A DNA stretch of 64,000 nt. Origin: the human T2T-CHM13v2.0 reference genome, Homo sapiens. The first letter of the stretch is position 1. Each line of letters starts with the position of its first letter. Location of the stretch: the NCBI RefSeq assembly GCF_009914755.1, contig NC_060927.1; one strand, given 5' to 3'. The translations under genes and the position numbers were made by a program. Below are positions 54,695 through 64,000 of the stretch, one piece after another. The notes below the pieces were generated by a model. That model was not told the DNA's origin. It ran no database searches and saw nothing but the letters and a program-made list of their open reading frames with translations.

Positions 54695-55014
54695 CTTTAG
54701 AAGGGAAGAACACTGCAGAGTAGCTTGCACACCTAGTATCTGTGATATGCTGGTTTTCCTATTCCTTGAACTACCTTGAAGTTCCTGGTCTGCGGACATA
54801 AGGTGGACTTTTCGGCACTCCCATTTTCGCTGTGTCTACAGCACTTTGGGAAGACTAGAACCCAAAACGAGACTACCCGTTTCTGTATCTGCATGCAGAG
54901 AGAGCGTGTTCAATGTTTCTTGGAGGTCCTTAGATCTCAGCTTGGCAGTCGAGTGGTGGTGACCTTTTAAAGGAACGGGGTCCACCAGTGTGGCCCAGCC
55001 TGGACTTGAACTTC

Positions 55015-55506
55015 TTCCTCTTTTTTTTTTTTTTCAAGTTCTAGATACATGTGCAGAACGTGCAGGTTTGTTACATAGGTATGCATGTGTCTTGGTGGTT
55101 TGCTGCATCTACCAACCAGTCATCTAGGTTTTAAGCCCATATGCATTAGGTATTTGTTCTGATGCTCTCTCTCCCCTTGCCCCCCAACCCCGCCGTCAGG
55201 CCCCGGTGTGTGATGTTCCCCTTCCTGTGTGCATGTGTTCTCATTATTCACCTCCCACTTATGAGTGAGAACATGCGGTGTTTGGTTTTCTGTTCCTGTG
55301 TTGGTTTGCTGAGAATGATGGCTTCCAGTTTCATCCATGTTCCTGCAAACGACATGAACTCATTCTTTTTTATGGCTGCGTAGTAATTCCACGGTGTATA
55401 TGTGCCACATTTTCTTTATCCAGCCTATCACTGATGGACATTCGAGTTGGTTCCAAGTCTTTGTTATTGTAAATAGTGCTACAATAAACATACATGTCCA
55501 TGTGTC
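55015..55506 (-). mobile_element. L1PA 3' UTR fragment (antisense), part of the U2-containing insertion
   Basis: tacatgtgcagaacgtgcaggtttgttacatagg...gagtgagaacatgcggtgtttggttttctg...tccagtttcatccatgt, a typical L1PA 3' end. Confidence 0.9.
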
Positions 55507-56007
55507 AAAAAAAAAAGACCATGTTTGCACTTGTGTCTAATCAGATGACATAATGTTCAATTTAATTCATTTATTATTCAATGCACTTAATTTAGTTGAT
55601 TTATTGTAAATTATATCACAGCTGACATAAGCAGGTTTAGGCACAAACGCAGGACACTCAAGGGGAGCACCGAGTCAGCAGCAGGGAGGTGTAGGGGGTG
55701 CCTGTGCCCTGGGTGAGCGAGGGGCCTCAGGTAGGGGTTTCGCTGAGGGACTGTACATCAGCAGCTAATCGGGAAGTAAGCTAGACGGGGGTCAACTGAG
55801 AGAGCTTCTACCCATCAAAGCACTGTGCTAGGCTCTGTGAGAAATACAGATAAGAAGTGAGATTTACGCTGTCCTAACAGCACTACCTGCTGATCAGGGA
55901 TATGAGTAAAGGAGGGAGTAAGCTTAGATGGGCCTCAATGATTCAAGAAGGTGGGGAGAGAGGAGTGCTGAGTGCTGGACAGAACAGACTGTCCAGGTAA
56001 AAAGACT

Positions 56008-56408
56008 ACAGTGGACACTGCCCAGACCCAGCCCACATCCTCTCTGCCTTGCACTGCAGTGCACACAGGCCTGATTCCAACGGCCAACACTGGCATCCTT
56101 TTACCTGAGGATTTTCTGACTCAGGTAAACAAACACACCTTACTCTGACCCAAAGTGCTGGAGAATTAGCACCCCCCCTCCCACCCCCAGATCTGCCTCC
56201 CAGATGACTGGCAGGAGCCACTGTATAAGTCCCCCAGCCCTTTGCCCTTGGCGTGATGGCTCTGGGGTGTGCTCTGCACTGCTTCCCAGAGCTGCCCAGC
56301 AGTGTTAAGCTCCGGGTGCCTACAGTGGTAGCTGGCCTGATAACGCCATCTGGACGGGTTCCTTCCTTCCCCATCTCACTTCCTAACTCCCCTAAAAATG
56401 TTTCTTGG
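56008..56408. mobile_element. LTR16-like (ERVL) solo LTR fragment
   Basis: gcctacagtggtagctggcctgataacgcc...ccttccccatctcacttcc. Confidence 0.55.
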
Positions 56409-59400
56409 GGCCAGGTTCACGCCTGTAATCCCAACACTTTGGGAGGCTGAGGAGGGCAGATCACTTGGGTCAGGAGTTCAAGACCATCCTGGCCAACATG
56501 GTGAAACCCTGTCTCTACTAAAAATACAAAAAAAAAAAATTAGTTGGGTGTGGTGGTGCATGCCTGTAATCCCAGCTACTCAGGAGGCTGAGGCAGGAGA
56601 ATCACTGGAACCCAGGAGGCAGAGGTTGCAGTGAGCCAAGATCACGCCACTGCCCTCCAGCCTGGGCGACAGAGCAAGACTCTGTCTAAAAAAAAAAAAA
56701 AAAAAAAAAGAGAGAGAGAGGAGAGTATTTGATATATAAGATTATTAAATATCTGCATTGCTTAAGCCATTCTTAATTGCAACCCAAAGCATTCTTAATT
56801 GATAAAGCTTCTTCAAAGAACTTGAATCCAGAATTCAGAGATGGTACATTATGGCTGTGGTTCATGCAAGGAAGATGTGCAACTCCAATTAGGGAACCCA
56901 TCCTTAAAGGTATTCATCGTTCATCAAAATATTGGCTAGTGATGATAATCTATATGTTTGAAGTTAAAACAAAATGTTATGTATGTAGCCCCAGATGAGA
57001 TGAGAATAGCATCAGTCAAACCCACAATGGGAGATATTCTACAGGATACCTGGCCAGCACTCATTAAGACTGTCAGGGTCATAAAAAAATGAAGAAACCC
57101 TGAGAAAATCTCACAGTACATGGGAGACTGTGGGGACATGATGACTCAATGCAATGTGGTAGCTTAGATTGGGTCCTGGAACAAACAAAAGGATATGAAT
57201 GAAAAAATTGGTGAAATGTACCAATGTCAGTTTAGTTTTGACAAATCATGATAAGATGTTAATAACAGGGGAAACTGGCCTGGGGCAGTGGCTCACACTT
57301 GCAATCCTGGCATTTTGGGAGGCCGAGGCGGGTGGATCACTTAAGCTCAAGAGTTAGAGACCAACTTGGGCAACATGGCAAAATCTCATCTCTATAAAAA
57401 GATCCAAAAAAATTAGCTGGGGATGGTGGTGTGCACCTGTAGTCCCAGTTACTCAGGAGGCTGAGGTGGGAGGATCACTTGAGCCTAGGAGGTTGAGGTT
57501 GCAGTGAGCTATGATTGCACCACTGTACTCCAGCCTGGGTGACAGAGTGAGATCCTGTCTCAAATTAAAAAAAAAAAAAAAAAAAAAAAAGGGGAAACCA
57601 AGTGAGGGGTATAAGGAGACCCTCTGTGCTATCACTGAAACTTTTCTGTAAATCTAAAATCACTCTACAATAAAATGTTTATTTTCAAAAATATTGTGTA
57701 TATATTTTTTTGTTTTTGTATCTCATCTGGACAGATTCTTGATTAATTCACCATTTCCCAGCCATTGGAATAAGAAGTGCCTCTGTAGCATTTGCTGGTG
57801 CTCACTCAGACATCTGCCTTTATTTTTGTGGACAAAGAAAAATTTACAGGTAACTTTCTCTCCCTTTCTAGTTTACAGCTCACAGCCAGCCTATCATAAA
57901 GCTGCTCGTAGTTTCAAAAAATTATTTCATTCATATATTTAAAATTTTCATTTATATTCTTTATTTACATCTTTTAAATGGAAATAATTTAATTTTTACT
58001 ATTTAATTTATAACAATTACTTTTACTAACTTAACATTTAATTTTAAAATGTTATTTTATTGTATCAGGCTGGGAGAGAAGCTAAACAAATATGGTGGCC
58101 AGAGTTGAATTGTGCTATCTTTGCCTGTTGGTGGCCAGTGCCTTGGGGTTAATCCTTTCCTCTTGAGGTCCATGTCCGCTTGGGGAGATTGATCCACAAC
58201 TTCATTCACATTGACTGGGGTGGGAAAATGACCCAGGCCAGTCACACACACAGCAGTCTGCTTGGGATAAGAGTCAGACTCAGGACTTTGCTGGAGTTCC
58301 CGGGAATGATGCCCTCTTTTTTGGCTGGGGATGCTAAGCTGCAAGATGTGCTCCTGGAGCTGGTGACATCTGTGCCATCATCAGAGCAGACGCCTGCCTG
58401 GCAAGGAACCCAGAGGAAAGTGGAACCCAGGCTTAGAGATGAGCCTTCCTGACATTGTTTGAGCATCTGGGATCCAGCTACGTTCAGATGGCTGGGCTTT
58501 TCCATGTACTGAGCCAATGAATTTCCTTTCTCTCTTTTTAAAGCCACATTGAGTTGGATTTCCATTTCTGTCACTTGCAACCCTAGCAGTTTTGTTGGAA
58601 CAGTGGCCCTCACTGCTGTTTGATTATGGTGTGTCCTTCTTGGCCCTCCCATCATCCTGCGTGTGAAACCACACACTGCCAAGTATTGCTCAATATTCCT
58701 GATTGTGTTGGGTGGGCATCCTTGCTCTGCCCTCTCTAGCTGACAGCAAGTTAGAACCAAGGCAAATTCCTTAATTGCTCAGAGCTGTAGTTTCCTTGAT
58801 TGTAAAATTGCGGGTTTGGGTGGGGGTGGGGAAGACACCCTCTATCAAGGGGCTGTTGGGAGAATGAAACGAAGTAATGTATGCGTGGCATTAACACAGT
58901 TTCATATTAAACATTTGCATTTGAGTCATTTTTATCACTGTTACTATAAATAAAAGGCAGGTTATCACAGGCAGCAATCCTACCTTTCTTCTCTTTGTAT
59001 CTTCCACAATGCCTGGCTTATAGCTGGAGGTTGGAAAAAATTTTAAAGTGTTAAGGGCTTTTGTGCCAGTTTCTAGGAATAAAAAGATAAGTGAGACACA
59101 GTCTGTCCGTTCCAGTTCCTCAAGGCTGGGGGGAGCCATGGCCTGATTGAAGACCAATCAAGAATAAAGATATGGCGGGGTGAGGTGGCTCATACCTGTA
59201 ATCCCAGTACTTTGGAAGGCTGAGGAGGGAGGATCACTTGAGTCCAGGCGTTCAAGACTAGCCTGGGCAACATAGTGAGACCCCGTGTCTATAAAAACTA
59301 AAAAAATTAGCTAGGTGTGGTAGGACACCCCTGTAGTCCTAGCTACTCAGGAGGCTGAGGCAGAAGAATCATTTGAGCCCAGGAGGTCGAGCTTGCAGTG

Positions 59401-60082
59401 AGCCATGATTGCATCACTGCACTCCAGCCTGGGTGACAAAGTGAGACTCTGTCTCTAAAAATAAGAAATTAAAAAAAGAATAAAAATAGAACATAACACA
59501 TGGCAGTTCACTAAGGCAGCACACATTGAGCTGCTCCTGCCTGCCAGGCACCATGCTAAGAGAGCTACAGTGAATAAAGACAGGAGGCTCCTGCTCTCAG
59601 CCAGGGCCCATGAGAGAGGTGAGCAACTTGCCCATATAATTTTAGGAACAGGTAAAGAGGTATTGTATAAATGGAGTAAACCCTGTGTTTGAAGACCTCT
59701 TATCCAAAAAGCATCCGAATTTTATGAAATATTGGGTGGATGGTCCAAAGCAAAAAGCCTTCCCAAATAATAGAATGGGTCAAATGGCCTCTCTCACCTA
59801 GGTAGCCCCTACTTTTTTTTTTTTTTAACGAGACAGAGTCTTGCTCTGTCACTCAGGCTAGAGTGCAGTGGTGCGATCTCAGCTCACTTCAACCTCTGCC
59901 TCCTGGGTTGAAGCGATTCTTAGCCTCCGAGTCATGCCTGGCTAATTTTTGTATTTTTAGTAGGGTTGGGGTTTCACTGTGTTGTCCAGGCTGCTCTTGA
60001 ACTCCTGACCTCAAGTGATCCACCCGCCTCGGCCTCCGAAAGTGCTAGGATTACAGGCATGAACCATTACACCCTACCGCCC
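56409..60082. mobile_element. Alus 56409-56710(+), 57277-57590(+, inside an L1M 3' end), 59173-59490(+) and 59813-60082(-); MLT1-like piece at about 58240-58605
   Basis: Alu motifs. L1 phrases cttttctgtaaatctaaaat and gttaataacaggggaaac. Confidence 0.8.
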
Positions 60083-61456
60083 CTACTTTTAAATTCAAAC
60101 AAAAACAAAAGCAATAGTTTAAAAATAATGATTTTTTTGATGCATGATTGTGTGAAAAAATATTGATACAGGAACAAATAAGGTCTCTGTTGTTACTACT
60201 TCTAGAACTTGTCTAAAAAAAGTAGATTTTCTTTTGTGTTTATTCTTTATAAAAAAAATCACTTAAGAAGCTAAATGTAAGCCATTTCAGAATTGCAGAT
60301 GTGCAAAATCTTTATGAGAAATATTTGACCTGATTTGTTTTACTAATTAACAAATAACCCTCCCCTGAATAGTATGTTTCACCCGACAGCACATTTTTAA
60401 TCAAGGCATACATGGTAGCAAACCAAGGTTTCTAGGAAAACCATGAAAAGTCACCTCGACTGGAAGGATGGAGCGCGTCACAACAATAACACAGCGGGGA
60501 CCTGGATGAGAGGAGCAGAGAGTTAATTTGTGGAGGGGAATGAATAGTCCACTTGATGGAAGAACAACTTTCTGCCCTGTCTGAAGATGTGACAGATGGC
60601 CATGAGGAGATTGCCCTGGGATGGCTCCCCGAGGGGCTCAAGGTGAGGCCTGATTGTCGTCCAAGGGCCGAAGGGATCCAGTGGCATGAGGAGTGATCAG
60701 AGGAGAAGTAATCTGGAGAGAAAAGATGTCAAAGAAGCCCGTTTCCATTGACCATGATGGTTGGGCCAAATAGTCTGAGTGTCTCTTTCAAGATACAACA
60801 GTTGGAAATATCAGGGGTGTAGGGAGAGAATTCGCTGTCATCCCGGCGGGGAGGCGGGAAATGGAAATACTGAAGCCATGTGAGCTCTGCTAGGCCACAG
60901 GGCTGCACCGGAACACTGAAAAGTGTGTCTTGACATACACAGGCGGAGCTCAGGAACCTCAGAGAGGTGGGAAAGAGAGGCTATAGGAGGAATCCAATTC
61001 CCCCAGGCACTTAGGGAGAGAGGCTGTGTCTGGATATAGGGCCTTTTATATTTCAGGACATTGCTGCATTTCATCTCCAACTTTAAAAAGTTAGCCTTTG
61101 ATAGTTTTGGTTTATGCAGGTAGTTGAAAATAATCCTAGTGGTTACGATTCTACATTAAAGGAGGAGCTTAATTTAGTCCTTCTCTCTTCCTCCCTGTTT
61201 CCTTTCCCCTCCCCTCCCTCCTTCCCTCTCTTCTTTCCCCTCTTCCCTCCTTTCTTTCTGAGGGAGGCCTCAGGTGGAATTTTAAATCTAAATGACACCT
61301 CCATTTCTACGAAGTAGATTTTAAAAAATCTTAACCCATTTCTGTTAATAAACATTCAATCATTATAGAAATGTATAACCTTAAAAGTAAACGTCTCTCG
61401 TGATCTCACTTCCCATGGATTATGACTTTTTATGGTGGCATATAGTCTTTCACATA

Positions 61457-62074
61457 TTGATTGATTGATTGATTGAGACAGGATCCCACTCTGTCACCCA
61501 GGCTGCAGTGGCGCAATCTTGGCTCACTGTAGCCTCTGCTTCTTGGGCTCAAGAATCTTCCAACCTCAGCCTCCTGAGTAGCTGGGACTACAGGTGTGCA
61601 ACACCATGCCCAGCTATTTTTTAAAAAATTATTATAATGGCCAGGTGCAGTGGTTCATGACTGTAATCCCAGAACTTTGGGAGGCCGAGGCAGGCGGATC
61701 ACGAGGTCAGGAGTTCGAGACCAGCCTGGCCAACAAGGTGAAACCCCATCTCTACTAAAAATACAAAAATTAGCCAGGCATGGTGGCAGTCACCTGTAAT
61801 CCCAGTTACTCAGGAGGCTGAGGCAGGAGAATTGCTTGAACCTGAGGTGGAGGTTGCAGTGAGCCAAGATTGCACCACTGCACTCCAGCCTGGGTGACAG
61901 AACGAGACTCTGTCTAAAAAAAAAAATTATTACCATTATTACTATTATCTTTTTGTAGAGACTGGGTTTCGCCATGTTACCCAAGCTGGTCTTGAGCTCC
62001 TGAGTTCAAACTCATCCGCTCGCCTTGGCCTCCCAAAGTGCTGGGATTAGAGGTGTGAGCCACCATGCCTGGCC
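61457..62074. mobile_element. AluJ-like (-) interrupted at its A-rich linker by an AluS (+, 61639-61926)
   Basis: The two halves of the outer Alu flank the inner Alu. TSD aaaaaattatta. Confidence 0.88.
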
Positions 62075-63689
62075 TTCAGATTTACTTGTAAGATATATGC
62101 TAATATATTATTGTCTTATCAGAAATGGGACTGTTCATACATCTTTGCTTTGCTCCCTGTTGGTGGATATTGGTATCTGTGACTGCCCATTATCTTTGAA
62201 CACCCTTGTTATGTTTTGACAATTTTCCATAGGCCGATTTGCTTTGCTTGCTTAATGACCTATGGTGGAGACTTTTCCATACGAGGACTTGTAGATCCAC
62301 TGCTTGCTTTGTTTGATGACTGTGGCTGTGTGTTATCCTATTATATGTCTGTATAACTGTTTTTTTCACCCATTTCTCACTAATGGACTGGAGTAGAATG
62401 TATAAATTTGGAAGCTTTCTCTCTCTCTCCATACACACACATCCTAAAAAAGTTGGAGTTTATAGCACTTCTTTATAGGGTTTAGGAAGCCGTGTATGTG
62501 TGTGTGTGCATCTGGGATCTGCACAGTTGTGCATTTTTCAATGGCAAAGGAATCTCTTTGTATATGCATTACTTATGTATGATTATATTTATTGCATGGG
62601 TTATGAGAAAGCTGTGCTGGTGAAGATGGTGAAGACCCTGCTCTTCCTGGAAAGTCTTGATAAATAAGAAAGAGGCTGCAGGCTGCAGATCCATGCTTTG
62701 AGCTATGCGGAAGCTAGATGTGCACAGAATAATGTAAGACCCCCACTTGCATAAGAGAAACAGAGTGGCCACAAGGCGCTAAGAATGAAGAGCAAAGTAT
62801 AGTAACAGGGGATCTTAATAAATGATGTTTTAACCATGGCAGCATTTCAGGAACTCGGGGGTACAGAAAGAAGGATGCTAGGAAAGAAAGTAATGTTATT
62901 CCAAAGTATGTTGAAAGGAAAGTTGGATAGCAATAGAAAATAAAAACATCATCTAGAGGTCAAAATAATCAGGGTGATACTCTCTTGTCTAGTAATTTGG
63001 GGGTGAAATTAAATTATCTTTCCTTTGCTCATGACAGACATTGTCGATTTATCACAGCATCTTTTTTTTTTTTTTTTTTAATCTTTCAACCCAGAGGCAG
63101 CTTCACATGTCTTCTTTCTTTATTGTTTTAGGCCAATTTAAATTAGTCAGAGCTGACTAGCCAGGTAACTGTTTGCTATCCAGGTCTATAGAGATCTCCT
63201 CTACATGAGGGGCCGGAGGTCTGGGTGGAGGGGCTTAGCAGAGGCTTTGATGAATTCTGCTGCTGTTTCTAAACCTTCGTCTTTCCAGGGGAAAACAAAA
63301 CAAAACAAAACAAAACAAAACAAAACAGCATGGAATGGTGGCACAAGTGAAGAGTTTAGCATTATCCTTAGTAGAAGCGAAGTCACTTGTCCATTTGGGA
63401 ACTTTGGGTAAATTACCTAATTTATCTTGGATTTAATTTGCTTGTTTGCAAAGTAGGGAAAAGAATACCCTACAAGACCATAAGAAACATTAAAAAGTAA
63501 ATGGCACGCTATTTGAAACAATGCAAGTGCCAGATACACATTCTTCCTTTGACCATCATTTAAAAAATTCATTCCTAATAGTTCTTATATATTAAGAAAT
63601 GCATCCCAGGCATGTCTACACACCTTCAGTGATCAACTCATGCCGGTCTCATCCTCTCCTCCTCCTGCCACACTTTAGCCTTTTTGTTT

Positions 63690-64000
63690 TATTTGGTTTG
63701 GTTTGGTTTTTGTTGTTTTTTTTTTGAGACAGAGTCTCGCACTGTCACCCAGGCTGGACTATAGGAGGGCAGTGGTGCGATCTCAGCCTACTGCAACCTC
63801 CGTCCCCTGGGTTCAAGCGATTCTCATGTCTCAGCCTCTTGAGTAGCTGGAATTACAGGCACACACCACCATGCTCAGCTAATTTTTGTATTTTTAGTAG
63901 AAATAGAGTTTCTCCATGTTGACCAGACTGGTTTGGAACTCCTGACCTCAAGTGATCCACCTGCCTTGGCCTCTCAAAGTGCTAGGATTATAGGCAAAAG
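63690..64000 (-). mobile_element. Alu (antisense) at the window end
   Basis: Alu motifs. Confidence 0.9.

Overview
Primate, almost certainly human, genomic DNA. It matches the PPP4R2/EBLN2 locus, which I recall as chr3p13. Bases 1-12.7 kb hold the last six coding exons and the long 3' UTR of PPP4R2 (+ strand). Nested in one intron is EBLN2, an endogenous bornavirus nucleoprotein retrocopy. It has an intact 272-aa ORF, a frameshifted C-terminal remnant, a poly(A) tail, a target-site duplication (TSD) and an Alu inserted at the same site. The remaining ~51 kb is non-coding and Alu-dense, with MIR, L1, L2, LTR and DNA-transposon fossils, a SNORD13 retrocopy and a truncated U6 retrocopy. The most unusual structure is at 54.07-55.53 kb: a full-length U2 snRNA copy that still carries the U2 promoter (DSE/PSE) and 3' flank. 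The whole 1.43 kb unit has retrotransposition hallmarks (TT/AAAA site, 12-bp TSD, AATAAA plus poly(A)). This points to a retroposed polyadenylated read-through transcript of a U2 locus that carried its own promoter. Almost all other ORFs in the track are Alu-derived or random. Gene and repeat-family names come from recognition from memory, not database searches, and repeat boundaries are approximate.
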